From: Eledone cirrhosa
Lineage: Eukaryota
Length of the DNA: 64,000 bases
NCBI GenBank assembly: GCA_964016885.1
Contig: OZ024745.1
Coordinates: 84,816,001 to 84,880,000, forward strand
Direction of reading: 5' to 3'
Under the pieces are notes generated by a model. It saw only the letters and a list, made by a program, of their open reading frames with translations. It had not been told where the DNA came from and did no database searches. A program made the position numbers and the translations under genes. Every line of letters begins with the position of its first letter. Position 1 is the first letter of the stretch. Positions 1-14,538 of the stretch are shown here, piece after piece.

Positions 1-50
1 ATATATATGTATATGTATGTATGTATATATATATGTATGTATATGTATAT

Positions 51-647
51 GCTCTTTTTCTCTTTTTACCTGTTTCAGCCATCCGGCTGAGGCAATGCTG
101 GGGTACCGCCCTTGTTGCTACACATTTTATCTCCAGCCTGTATAGGTTGGCCACTGGTGTAAGAGGGAGTTTGTTGCTGCTGCACTTAGGTTTCCCTCGT
201 GCCTTGCAGTGGGCTCATCCGGATCCTGGATAACAAGATGTCGAGATGTTTCTTGAAGACATCCACCTCCACGTCATGCAAATCTCTCAGTTCCCTCGGC
301 AGCCTGTTGAAGAGTTGAGGGCCCTTGAACCCCAGGCTATTGAAATACCTGCTCCTTATTCTAGATGTAGAAGACGGGAACTTTGGCACCACACAGTGAC
401 GTCCTGCTCGACGGTTGGTCCAGCTCCCAATGCCAAAGTTTGGCGCTAGTCCCTCCAGGATTTTCCACATGTAGATCACTGAGTATCTCTTCCGTCTTCG
501 TTCCAAGGAGTAGAGGTTCATTTCCTTTAGCTTCTCCCAATAGCTTGTCTCCTTCATCGTGGCAATCCTCTTGGTGTAGCTCCGTGGTTAGTTTGACACT
601 ATGGGGTGACCACAACTGGGAGCAGTAGCCCAGGCGGCTTAGGACAA
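51..647 (-). mobile_element. 3' fragment of a CR1-group LINE (RT C-terminus + 3' UTR), same family as 19400-22037
   Basis: Translates to [16 protein letters not shown]...LYSLERRR...[11 protein letters not shown]. Closely matches the reverse complement of ~21420-22035, with a small deletion/frameshift. Both ends abut (TA)n. Confidence 0.9.
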
Positions 648-658
648 ATATATATATG

Positions 659-734
<76 letters not shown>

Positions 735-810
735 TATACATACATACATATATATACAAATATATATATATATACATACATATATATACATATATATATA
801 TATATACATA

Positions 811-872
<62 letters not shown>

Positions 873-895
873 CAAATATATATATATATACATAC

Positions 896-928
<33 letters not shown>

Positions 929-945
929 CATACCTATATATATAT

Positions 946-976
<31 letters not shown>

Positions 977-993
977 CATACATATATATATAA

Positions 994-1038
<45 letters not shown>

Positions 1039-1071
1039 CATACATATATATATATATACATATATACATAC

Positions 1072-1102
<31 letters not shown>

Positions 1103-1119
1103 CACATATATATATATAC

Positions 1120-1186
<67 letters not shown>

Positions 1187-1187
1187 C

Positions 1188-1256
<69 letters not shown>
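648..1256. repeat. Degenerate (TA)n microsatellite, representative of more than 30 such tracts in the window
   Basis: TA dinucleotide run with CA/TG interruptions. Tracts like this produce the YI-repeat ORFs. Confidence 0.98.
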
Positions 1257-1259
<3 letters not shown>

Positions 1260-1316
1260 TATTAAAAAAATAATGAATGAACAAAGAAACAGTTCCTTAT
1301 ATTAAAAAAAAAATTC

Positions 1317-1456
1317 ATTATTTTACGATCGTTTCTAGGATATATATGTGTGTTAGAGTTGGTATGCATATTCTATAGATCTATGTACAATATTTATACA
1401 AACTATCAGAGGGAATATACATACCTACACATATATATGCTGTCTTCAGAAATAAT
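1317..1456 (-). ncRNA. Type I hammerhead ribozyme with long stem II
   Basis: Reverse complement of 5409-5548: ATTATTT-CTGAAGA-stem II-GAAA-CGATCG-TA-AAATAAT. Confidence 0.75.
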
Positions 1457-2297
1457 TGTTTCTACTTTAGGCACAAGGCCAGCAATTACCAAGTACATTA
1501 GAAATAATGATACTTGTTTATTGATAAGAACAAAGATTCAATACAATAGGTCTGTTTGGGAACAGGTTTTGAATTGACCAATCAGGAGATAGTGAGGGTC
1601 AAGATAGTGATTAGGAGAACCTTAAATTATGGGTAGAGGAAGGTAGATTTCAGTTTTGGATGGAAAAGAGTATTATGAATGAAGGATTACTTTAGGGAAG
1701 AAGTAGGTCATATGTTGACCTCAGAAATAATTTTATTTATTCATTGAATAAAACCAAACTAAGATCCAACATAATAATGGATTACTTTAGGGAAGAAGTA
1801 GGTCATATGTTGACCTCAGAAATAATTTTATTTGTTCATTGAATACAACCAACAGAGATCAAATATATTCTGTCTGTTTGGTAAGAGGTTTAGAATTAAC
1901 CAATAGAAAGTTAATGATTGGCCAAATGGTAAAATAGTAGTAATTGAAACTTATTTTAGGGGTGAAACTAGGTCAGGTGGTCAGTAGAAGGTATACCAGC
2001 AGTTGCTGTTATAAAATAGTAATGTCAATACAGATATCTAAGGTGACCAGAGTTTTAAGATAAGGATGTTAGTGAAAAAAAATACATCTATGAAAAGGAT
2101 ATAAAATTAATTAAATTGATGGGTATATTTATATTGATAAAATTATACTAATACATATAGATATGATAAATAAGAGTTAGATGCAGTTGAAAAGTGCTGT
2201 TAAGGATGAGGGGAGATTAAAAGAATATAAAAATGATATATATATATATACACCTATATATACCTACATATATATATACATACATACACACACACAT

Positions 2298-2348
<51 letters not shown>

Positions 2349-2375
2349 CATACACAAACACACACAAATATATAC

Positions 2376-2419
<44 letters not shown>

Positions 2420-3325
2420 ACATGTACATATACATACACACACACACACAGACATATATATATATATATATATACATACACATACACATATACACATATA
2501 TATACATATATATATTTTTTTTTTACACTCACATACATACACACATACATACATACACACTTATATACACACACATCCACACTTACATATACATATATTT
2601 ATGGGGGGGGGGGGTTAAATTTATTAGTGGGAAATAGTAAATATACATAGGTTTCAAGGAACATAGAGTCATAACCTGAAGTTAAAGCATTATATATGTT
2701 TACTTAATGGTATCAGTTTTATGAAATGATATTTGTAAGAAGGAAAGCCAAATTATGTAGTTCATCATTAGTAGAATATTAATTATAGGTTAACTAAAAT
2801 AAAAATAGTTTATATATTAATTTCTAAGGTGTATATTAATTAGGTTTATAATATTTAAAGCAGAATTATGTAGTTCATCAGTAGTAGAATATTAATTATA
2901 GGTTAACTTAATTAATTATAGGTTAACTATAATTAATATTCTACTACTGATGAACTACATAATTCAGCTTTAAATATTATAAACCTAATTAATATACACC
3001 TTAGAAATTAATATATAAACTATTTTTATTTTAGTTAACCTATAATTAATATTCTACTAATGATGAACTACATAATTTGGCTTTCCTTCTTACAAATATC
3101 ATTTCATAAAACTGATACCATTAAGTAAACATATATAATGCTTTAACTTCAGGTTATGACTCTATGTTCCTTGAAACCTATGTATATTTACTATTTCCCA
3201 CTAATAAATTTAACCCCCCCCCCAATAAATATATGTATATGTAAGTGTGGATGTGTGTGTATATAAGTGTGTATGTATGTATGTGTGTATGTATGTGAGT
3301 GTAAAAAAATATATATATATATGTA

Positions 3326-4154
3326 TATTGTTTTATTGATATTTTTTATCTGTTTGGCCCGAATCTTCCTTTATCGATTTTAAATCGTATGGTTGATTGT
3401 AGACTTGTTCTATATGTGACGGTATTTTAACGATAGTTATAGCTCAGATTCATCTGAATTATTGAGCCCTCTTCCGCTCATATCGAATTTCGTTTATCGT
3501 GAACTCGTGCGCCGATTTTTCGATACTCGATCTTTCTAATATATTTAGCTCTGGACATAGCTATCCACCAGTTAATTTTATTGCTCATTTTTTGTCGATT
3601 CTATTGAGTGATGAATAGCTTTTGTTTTATTTTAACATGTCTATTGAGCACTCTAATTCGATATGTGTATTTCCACATTCACTCGAATTGTTTTCGCGGA
3701 TATAGGGGTCATCTCCCTTGTCTAATGCCATGTGCGTTTTTCACTGGTAGTTGGCTCCTCTGCCGCCAGGAAAAAACTCGTTGATAAAGTAAACCTCCGT
3801 TCCACTTACTCTAGTAGGCTTTTATATTTATATGTGAGCTGATAGAGTACAGTCTAAGGATTTACAGAAACCCATGAAGCTAGATTTAACACCTGTCTAG
3901 TGGGTCCGGGTATGATTTTACATTCATTTAAATTATTGACGTATTGTTTTATTGATATTTTTTATCTGTTTGGCCCGAATCTTCCTTTATCGATTTTAAA
4001 TCGTATGGTTGATTGTAGACTTGTTCTATATGTGACGGTATTTTAACGATAGTTATAGCTCTGATTCATCTGAATTATTGAGCCCTCTGCCGCTCATATC
4101 GAATTTCGTTTATCGTGAACTCGTGCGCCGATTTTTCGATACTCGATCTTTCTA

Positions 4155-4157
<3 letters not shown>
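3326..4157 (+). mobile_element. Retrozyme-like non-coding element, 616-bp unit, ~1.35 tandem copies, inserted in a TA tract of the right arm
   Basis: 3326-3541 repeats at 3942-4157. It is absent from the left arm and contains the HHR at 3776-3911. Confidence 0.7.
3776..3911 (+). ncRNA. Type I hammerhead ribozyme, U3:A8 core, extended stems II and III
   Basis: Stem I ACTCG/CGGGT; core TTGATAA; stem II GTAAA-CCT...AGG-TTTAC; GAAA; stem III CCCA/TGGG plus CTAGA/TCTAG; GTC cleavage triplet. Confidence 0.7.
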
Positions 4158-4202
<45 letters not shown>

Positions 4203-4210
4203 GTATATGT

Positions 4211-4244
<34 letters not shown>

Positions 4245-4277
4245 GTCTGTGTGTGTGTGTGTGTATATGTACATGTG

Positions 4278-4344
<67 letters not shown>

Positions 4345-5229
4345 GTATATATTTGTGTGTGTTTGTATATGTATGTGTGTATATATATATGTATATATAT
4401 ATATATATGTGTGTGTGTATGTGTGTGTGTATGTATGTATATATATGTAGGTATATATATGTATATATATATATATCATTTTTATATTCTTTTAATCTCC
4501 CCTCATCCTTAACAGCACTTTTCAACTGCATCTAACTCTTATTTATCATATCTATATGTATTAGTATCATTTTATCAATATATATATATACCCTTCAATT
4601 TAATTAATTTTATATCCTTTTCATAGATGTATTTTTTTTCACTAACATCCTTATCTTAAAACTCTGGTCACCTTAGATATCTGTATTGACATTACTATTT
4701 TATAACAGCAACTGCTGGTATACCTTCTACTGACCACCTGACCTAGTTTCACCCCTAAAATAAGTTTCAATTACTACTATTTTACCATTTGGCCAATCAT
4801 TAACTTTCTATTGGTTAATTCTAAACCTCTTACCAAACAGACAGAATATATTTGATCTTTGTTGGTTGTATTCAATGAACAAATAAAATTATTTCTGAGG
4901 TCAACATATGACCTACTTCTTCCCTAAAGTAATCCATTATTATATTGGATCTTAGTTTGGTTTTATTCAATGAATAAACAAAATTATTTCTGAGGTCAAC
5001 ATATGACCTACTTCTTCCCTAAAGTAATCCTTCATTCATAATACTCTTTTCCATCCAAAACTGAAATCTACCTTCCTCCACCCATAATTTAAGGTTCTAC
5101 TAATTCTATATCACTATCTTGACCCTCACTATCTCCTGATTGGTCAACTCAAAACCTGTTCCCAAACAGACCTATTGTATTGAATCTTTGTTCTTATCAA
5201 TAAACAAGTATCATTATTTCTGAAGACAG

Positions 5230-5408
5230 TGGATTGGCAGTATCGGTAGAGGGTCGGACGCCATGCTTTCCAGCATAGTTACGTCCCTTTACGATCTGAG
5301 TTCAAATCCCGCCGAGGTTGACTTTGCCTTTCTTCCTTACGGGGTCGATAAAATAAAGTACCAGTAATGTACTGGGTAATTGCTGGCCTTGTGCCTAAAG
5401 TAGAAACA
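5230..5408 (+). mobile_element. tRNA-derived SINE (octopod-like) with 17-bp TSD
   Basis: A box TGGCAGTATCGG and B box GTTCAAATCC. Body CCTTACGGGGTCGATAAAATAAAGTACCAG. Flanked by ATTATTTCTGAAGACAG at 5213-5229 and 5409-5425. Confidence 0.85.
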
Positions 5409-5548
5409 ATTATTTCTGAAGACAGCATATATATGTGTAGGTATGTATATTCCCTCTGATAGTTTGTATAAATATTGTACATAGATCTATAGAATATGCA
5501 TACCAACTCTAACACACATATATATCCTAGAAACGATCGTAAAATAAT
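5409..5548 (+). ncRNA. Type I hammerhead ribozyme with ~105-nt stem II domain
   Basis: Stem I ATTATTT/AAATAAT; CTGAAGA; stem II AG-ATATATATGTGT...ACACATATATAT-CT; GAAA; palindromic CGATCG; GTA cleavage triplet. Confidence 0.75.
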
Positions 5549-5776
5549 GAATTTTTTTTAATATAAGGAACTGTTTCTTTGATATTCATTATTTTTTTAA
5601 TAATTTATCTTGACTCTGTTTTCCGTTTATTTTTCACCGAAAGTAGTTTTTGAATGCATCTTCTCTTTTCATGATATCCGGATTACATTGAGTCCTTCAT
5701 ACGGATTGGACACTACCGTAAACTTTTGGTAGATTTTTCTACATATATATATATATATATACATACCTATATATAT

Positions 5777-5817
<41 letters not shown>

Positions 5818-5824
5818 TACATAC

Positions 5825-5992
<168 letters not shown>

Positions 5993-6049
5993 ACATATAT
6001 ATATATATATATATATGTACATACATGTAAATATATATACATATCTATA

Positions 6050-6091
<42 letters not shown>

Positions 6092-6169
6092 CATATATAT
6101 ATACATACATATATATATATATATATATACATATATATATGTATGTATATATATATATGTATGTATATA

Positions 6170-6202
<33 letters not shown>

Positions 6203-6252
6203 GTATATATACATATATATATGTATAAATATATATATATATATATATGTAT

Positions 6253-7225
6253 ATATAGTTTTGCGAGGTTTTTGATATGAAATCGTGTGTCGAAACAAAT
6301 ATTGTTATACTTGGGCAGGGTCGTATTTGTGTAATATTGCAAGAATTAATAACAGAACACACTCACTGTTTGGTTGGTTTTCGCTTTTCGATTCTGTGTC
6401 TTTTATATCGGTAATCTAATTTATTCGGTCCTCAATGTTGCCATTGACTGACCAACGGTCAGTACTATATGAACATTCCAGACAACAACACGACGGTAAC
6501 ATAGACAACATAGAAATTAGAATAATATCTAAACATAGAAATGACCCAGCAGATAGGCAAATGAGAGAGGCCAGTGAAATAGAACTTAGAAGGCCAAGGC
6601 TAAACAGAAAGAATGAGTGGAATACCAACAACACCCAAACAAACAACACTGACCTAAGAGAAGTATAAATAAATAAATAGATAAATAAATAAATAAATAC
6701 ACACACAAGCACAATAACAACAAACACATATAAACACACACTAGTAAAGATAGAATACATTAACCAATACACAGTCACCCAATCACGAACACACATAAAA
6801 CAAAACACTATACACACACGCAAACGCATGCGGAAAGAAGACAAAATAAAATAAACTAATAAATAAATATATAAACAGACTAAATAAAGACGGCGTAGAA
6901 AATACAATGCAACGGGAGGAAACAATAGCACCACTGACGATGTTGCAGATGTGCAACGAAAGAACTTTGATAAACTATATATATGTGTTTGTGTTCATAT
7001 TGTATCTGTATTATTTTTGACCGTTAGTCAGTCAATGGCAACATTGAGGACCGAATATATTAGATTACCGATATAAAAGACACAGAAGCGAAAAGCGAAA
7101 ACCAACCAAACAGTGAGTGTCTTCTGTTATTAATTCTGGCAATATTACACAAATATGACCCTCCCCAAGTATAACAATATTTGTTTCGACACACGATTTC
7201 ATATAAAAAAACCTCGCTAAACTAT
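6253..7225 (+). mobile_element. 5'-truncated PLE (GIY-YIG C-terminus + pLTR) with an inverted pLTR copy at its 5' end
   Basis: 6455-6668 encodes SVLYEHSRQQHDGN...DRQMREASEIELRRPRLNRKNEW. 6253-6460 is an inverted copy of ~7021-7225. Same family as 51578-53100. Confidence 0.8.
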
Positions 7226-7249
7226 ATATACATATATATATATATATTT

Positions 7250-7366
<117 letters not shown>

Positions 7367-7418
7367 CATATATATATATACATACATATATATATGCATA
7401 TATATATATATATGTATG

Positions 7419-7451
<33 letters not shown>

Positions 7452-7473
7452 GTATGTATATATATATAAATAT

Positions 7474-7525
<52 letters not shown>

Positions 7526-7590
7526 GTATGTATATATATATGTATATATATATATATATATGTATGTATATATATATATATACATGTATG

Positions 7591-7649
<59 letters not shown>

Positions 7650-7654
7650 GTATA

Positions 7655-7770
<116 letters not shown>

Positions 7771-7775
7771 TATAT

Positions 7776-10158
7776 AAAAGAAAAGAAAAATTAATTCTTA
7801 GTTCTAACAAACTAAATCACAACAGGGGGTAAACGTTCAAAATAACATTATATCAACTAACCCTGATAATAATAGTAATAATAGTAATAGCACTAGTGTA
7901 AGCAATAACGCTGGGAACGACAACCCCAATGACCATAATCCTACAGCTACCATCCAGACTTCTACACAACATAATAACCGGCAGGCTAACATCCAAAATA
8001 ATTGTAACTGTAGATCTAATAGAACCTGCCCTTTAGATAAAAAAATGCTTAATCAAGGATATCATATACTCATGCACCGTCACAACTAGTAACTCTTCTG
8101 AAAACTATATAGGCTCTACTTCAAACTGATTCAAAACCAGATACAATTCGCAACTCCATTCTTTCAAAAAACACAGTCTAGCCAACACCACTTCACTATC
8201 TAGCTACATACACTATCTAAAAACTAAAAATAGATCTTATACACTTAAATGAGAAGTGATAGGTAAGGCGACATCGTACAAACCACCTAATAAATTTTGT
8301 AACCTCTGTCTACTAGAGACCCATACTATTATCTTCTCAAACCATAACCTCCTTAATAAAAAATCAGAAGTGTTCGCGTCATGCCAGCACCGATTCCGGC
8401 ACTCCTTCCAAAACTTTAAACCCAATATATAGCAATGTCAGACTTGAACCCATCACCACTTCTAGCAACACACCTCAAGGGCACACCTTACACCGCAACT
8501 CCACACTCAATGATCCACCCTATCTTAACACAATTCGTGACATCTATCTAAAACCTTTTTCCCCTAGAAATATCCCCATGTACACCTACTTTTAGTATAA
8601 TTACCTTCAATTACTTAGACTACATTATGTCACTATATAAGTATATGTAAACTTTAAACACTGAATTATTTGTGCAAATGTTGTTGTATGTATGGAGTGC
8701 TATCATTAGATAAATAGAAGATTAATTTATTAACATAAAAGAGCTATATAACCTATATGTTAAGTACAATGAATTATGTACAAGTGGTATATGAGTTATA
8801 CATACATGTATAATTTGATAGACAGATTAATGACATTGTAAGTGAGAATTGCTCTTTGGTCTACTCTAGAGATATTTAACTTTGCCATGCAATCAGCCAT
8901 GCGCTGATCCAGAGCTTACCAGGGGTTATATATAGACGTCGTTCTAATAATACCCTGTCAGGTTCTGTGAGTAGACTACATTTACAAAGAACATTGATAT
9001 GGAGATCTGACTCTTCGTATGGAATATTCAGTTGTAGCACTCTATGATAGGGAGTAATTATCCCAATATAGATACCTTTAGTACTTCTTGATAGAGTAGA
9101 CTGTAATTTAAAGATAGGATACTTAAATTTGGAAACTGTATATAACCATATATATAAGGGACTCAATTGAGACACCTTTTAATGTACATTGGAATAATAA
9201 ATTTAGTTATAGAAATCAGCTAGTTACCTCCCCTCACACATTAACTCCTCTTAATCACACACATACTTCCGGAAAGTAAAACGATGTAAATTCTCGCAAC
9301 AAAAACAACCTGCTCTATAAAATTGGATTAAAAAACACTGTGCCGCAACAAGCTGTAATAATTTAACTTAATACATCAAACATCCAATACTGAATCATCG
9401 TTAATTATGTGAAGGACATATAAACTATATATTACGTTTCCTGGATTGTGAAAATGGTGGTGTATACAAAAACCATAACATTATTTTGCTTCTCATTTAT
9501 AATATTTCTCTGCACACAAGCTTCTTTATCATACACAAAAAATACTTTACCACTACAACCCCCATAATACTCTTGTTTACCCGCTTAAAGTGCTTGTATT
9601 GCATATAACACCTTGCCGCACAATAATCTTATATAAATAAGACACACGTGCATGCCCCATGTGTAACTATTGCATGCACTAACTACCTCAACTGACTAAC
9701 AAACTATCCTCTTGCATTATCTTCGTAAACTGCCGATGTTGTATTTTAACTTTAATTTTGTTTTATTATGATTTTAATTTTTGAATTTAAATTGCCATGC
9801 AAAAATATTATAATGGATGTCACCCCACTGTGCATCGATATATACATATGTATCTGTATGTCTCTTGTGTTGGAAAGGAGGTCATGTATGTAAACAATCA
9901 TTGAAAAATTGCTCCGAAGAGTCCAAACCTCGGTTTGGACGAAACAATTGTAAGCTAATAAATGGTTAGAACAGGACTTTGATTCATGTGATTTCTATAT
10001 AACTGCTCTGTAGAACAACTGATGTTATTACATTGAGCTATTTATCTTACTGGTAATAAGGTAGTAATAAATTACTGTCTTTCACTGTTTAGGGTTTAAA
10101 TATATATAACTATAAAAAGTTTTAGTATATACATAACCATAAATAGAATCCTTAATAC

Positions 10159-10160
<2 letters not shown>
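7776..10160 (+). mobile_element. Degenerate 5'-truncated PLE (Nematis-like GIY-YIG remnant, long 3' UTR, HHR), copy 1
   Basis: ~8000-8430 reads NCNCRSNRTCPL / YIGSTSN*FKTRYN / FCNLCLLETHTIIFS...LLNKKSEVFASC with stops and frameshifts. HHR at 9908. Confidence 0.8.
9908..9959 (+). ncRNA. Minimal hammerhead ribozyme, U4C core
   Basis: GCT-CCGAAGA-GTCCAAAC(CTCG)GTTTGGAC-GAAA-CAATTG-TA-AGC. Confidence 0.75.
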
Positions 10161-10257
<97 letters not shown>

Positions 10258-10260
10258 GTA

Positions 10261-10344
<84 letters not shown>

Positions 10345-10381
10345 ATATATAAGAACAGAAGATGGTTAAAGGAGTTCCATG

Positions 10382-10444
10382 TGTTTTATTATGCGCATTT
10401 CAAAAACAAACATCATCATGTTTGTGTTTTCATCAGATAAAACA
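10382..10444 (-). ncRNA. Minimal hammerhead ribozyme in a fold-back element (10344-10637)
   Basis: Minus strand reads TGTTTTAT-CTGATGA-AAACACAAACA...TGTTTGTTTTT-GAAA-TGCGCA-TA-ATAAAACA. The plus arm carries the same HHR truncated inside its core. Confidence 0.85.
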
Positions 10445-10645
10445 GGAGGACAATGAAAACACAAATATTATTGCATGATGATGTTTGTTTTTGAAATGCG
10501 CATAATAAAACACATGGAACTCCTTTAACCATCTTCTGTTCTTATATATTATGTATACTCCAGTCCTACAAACTGTAGAGTGCTTCTTATCTGATATCTG
10601 CATTGCTTTATTGTACTACAATAAAACTCACCTCCTACATATATG

Positions 10646-10676
<31 letters not shown>

Positions 10677-10693
10677 GAATATATATATATATG

Positions 10694-10803
<110 letters not shown>

Positions 10804-10855
10804 CATATATATATATACATACATATATATATGCATATATATATATATATGTATG

Positions 10856-10894
<39 letters not shown>

Positions 10895-10916
10895 GTATGT
10901 ATATATATATAAATAT

Positions 10917-10976
<60 letters not shown>

Positions 10977-11041
10977 GTATGTATATATATATGTATATAT
11001 ATACATATATATGTATGTATATATATATATATACATGTATG

Positions 11042-11100
<59 letters not shown>

Positions 11101-11105
11101 GTATA

Positions 11106-11215
<110 letters not shown>

Positions 11216-13350
11216 TATAAAAGAAAAGAAAAATTAATTCTTAGTTCTAACAAACTAAATCACAACAGGGGGTAAACGTTCAAAATAACATTATATCAAC
11301 TAACCCTGATAATAATAGTAATAATAGTAATAGCACTAGTGTAAGCAATAACGCTGGGAACGACAACCCCAATGACCATAATCCTACAGCTACCATCCAG
11401 ACTTCTACACAACATAATAACCGGCAGGCTAACATCCAAAATAATTGTAACTGTAGATCTAATAGAACCTGCCCTTTAGATAAAAAAATGCTTAATCAAG
11501 GATATCATATACTCATGCACCGTCACAACTAGTAACTCTTCTGAAAACTATATAGGCTCTACTTCAAACTGATTCAAAACCAGATACAATTCGCAACTCC
11601 ATTCTTTCAAAAAACACAGTCTAGCCAACACCACTTCACTATCTAGCTACATACACTATCTAAAAACTAAAAATAGATCTTATACACTTAAATGGGAAGT
11701 GATAGGTAAGGCGACATCGTACAAACCACCTAATAAATTTTGTAACCTCTGTCTACTAGAGACCCATACTATTATCTTCTCAAACCATAACCTCCTTAAT
11801 AAAAAATCAGAAGTGTTCGCGTCATGCCAGCACCGATTCCGGCACTCCTTCCAAAACTTTAAACCCAATATATAGCAATGTCAGACTTGAACCCATCACC
11901 ACTTCTAGCAACACACCTCAAGGGCACACCTTACACCGCAACTCCACACTCAATGATCCACCCTATCTTAACACAATTCGTGACATCTATCTAAAACCTT
12001 TTTCCCCTAGAAATATCCCCATGTACACCTACTTTTAGTATAATTACCTTCAATTACTTAGACTACATTATGTCACTATATAAGTATATGTAAACTTTAA
12101 ACACTGAATTATTTGTGCAAATGTTGTTGTATGTATGGAGTGCTATCATTAGATAAATAGAAGATTAATTTATTAACATAAAAGAGCTATATAACCTATA
12201 TGTTAAGTACAATGAATTATGTACAAGTGGTATATGAGTTATACATACATGTATAATTTGATAGACAGATTAATGACATTGTAAGTGAGAATTGCTCTTT
12301 GGTCTACTCTAGAGATATTTAACTTTGCCATGCAATCAGCCATGCGCTGATCCAGAGCTTACCAGGGGTTATATATAGACGTCGTTCTAATAATACCCTG
12401 TCAGGTTCTGTGAGTAGACTACATTTACAAAGAACATTGATATGGAGATCTGACTCTTCGTATGGAATATTCAGTTGTAGCACTCTATGATAGGGAGTAA
12501 TTATCCCAATATAGATACCTTTAGTACTTCTTGATAGAGTAGACTGTAATTTAAAGATAGGATACTTAAATTTGGAAACTGTATATAACCATATATATAA
12601 GGGACTCAATTGAGACACCTTTTAATGTACATTGGAATAATAAATTTAGTTATAGAAATCAGCTAGTTACCTCCCCTCACACATTAACTCCTCTTAATCA
12701 CACACATACTTCCGGAAAGTAAAACGATGTAAATTCTCGCAACAAAAACAACCTGCTCTATAAAATTGGATTAAAAAACACTGTGCCGCAACAAGCTGTA
12801 ATAATTTAACTTAATACATCAAACATCCAATACTGAATCATCGTTAATTATGTGAAGGACATATAAACTATATATTACGTTTCCTGGATTGTGAAAATGG
12901 TGGTGTATACAAAAACCATAACATTATTTTGCTTCTCATTTATAATATTTCTCTGCACACAAGCTTCTTTATCATACACAAAAAATACTTTACCACTACA
13001 ACCCCCATAATACTCTTGTTTACCCGCTTAAAGTGCTTGTATTGCATATAACACCTTGCCGCACAATAATCTTATATAAATAAGACACACGTGCATGCCC
13101 CATGTGTAACTATTGCATGCACTAACTACCTCAACTGACTAACAAACTATCCTCTTGCATTATCTTCGTAAACTGCCGATGTTGTATTTTAACTTTAATT
13201 TTGTTTTATTATGATTTTAATTTTTGAATTTAAATTGCCATGCAAAAATATTATAATGGATGTCACCCCACTGTGCATCGATATATACATATGTATCTGT
13301 ATGTCTCTTGTGTTGGAAAGGAGGTCATGTATGTAAACAATCATTGAAAA

Positions 13351-13402
13351 ATTGCTCCGAAGAGTCCAAACCTCGGTTTGGACGAAACAATTGTAAGCTA
13401 AT
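13351..13402 (+). ncRNA. Minimal hammerhead ribozyme, U4C core (duplicate of 9908-9959)
   Basis: Identical sequence to 9908-9959. Confidence 0.75.
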
Positions 13403-13601
13403 AAATGGTTAGAACAGGACTTTGATTCATGTGATTTCTATATAACTGCTCTGTAGAACAACTGATGTTATTACATTGAGCTATTTATCTTACTGGTAAT
13501 AAGGTAGTAATAAATTACTGTCTTTCACTGTTTAGGGTTTAAATATATATAACTATAAAAAGTTTTAGTATATACATAACCATAAATAGTATCCTTAATA
13601 C

Positions 13602-13716
<115 letters not shown>

Positions 13717-13719
13717 GTA

Positions 13720-13799
<80 letters not shown>

Positions 13800-13836
13800 A
13801 TATATAAGAACAGAAGATGGTTAAAGGAGTTCCATG

Positions 13837-13899
13837 TGTTTTATTATGCGCATTTCAAAAACAAACATCATCATGTTTGTGTTTTCATCAGATAAAACA
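13837..13899 (-). ncRNA. Minimal hammerhead ribozyme (duplicate of 10382-10444)
   Basis: Identical sequence to 10382-10444. Confidence 0.85.
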
Positions 13900-14100
13900 G
13901 GAGGACAATGAAAACACAAATATTATTGCATGATGATGTTTGTTTTTGAAATGCGCATAATAAAACACATGGAACTCCTTTAACCATCTTCTGTTCTTAT
14001 ATATTATGTATACTCCAGTCCTACAAACTGTGGAGTGCTTCTTATCTGATATCTGCATTGCTTTATTGTACTACAATAAAACTCACCTCCTACATATATG

Positions 14101-14147
<47 letters not shown>

Positions 14148-14148
14148 G

Positions 14149-14317
<169 letters not shown>

Positions 14318-14330
14318 GTATATATATATG

Positions 14331-14392
<62 letters not shown>

Positions 14393-14538
14393 TATGTAAA
14401 TATATATATATATATATATACCTCCCTTGACCTGCTGCAAAATCAAAACAAGCTATTTTTGCGAGCAATGAACCTTGACGTAGATTTAACCCAAAAAACT
14501 CTTTCAGAACAATGTAAGGAACACCTTTGATTATTTAT

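Larger units (their letters stand above)
1257..5606. repeat. Large inverted repeat of a PLE pLTR/3' UTR-like sequence (left arm ~1257-2905, right arm ~2927-5606 with inserts)
   Basis: 1257-1500 mirrors ~5370-5606, 1500-2500 mirrors ~4157-5220, and 2500-2905 mirrors ~2927-3325. The centre is near 2905-2927. Each arm ends with an HHR. Confidence 0.9.

Noticed and set aside
5230-5320. tRNA gene
   Set aside because: A and B boxes are present but there is no cloverleaf. It continues into a SINE body found three times in the window.
6266-6312. Possible HHR (TTGATAT...GAAA-CAAATATTG-TT)
   Set aside because: A9 is missing, stem II is only 2 bp, and the mirror copy is further decayed.
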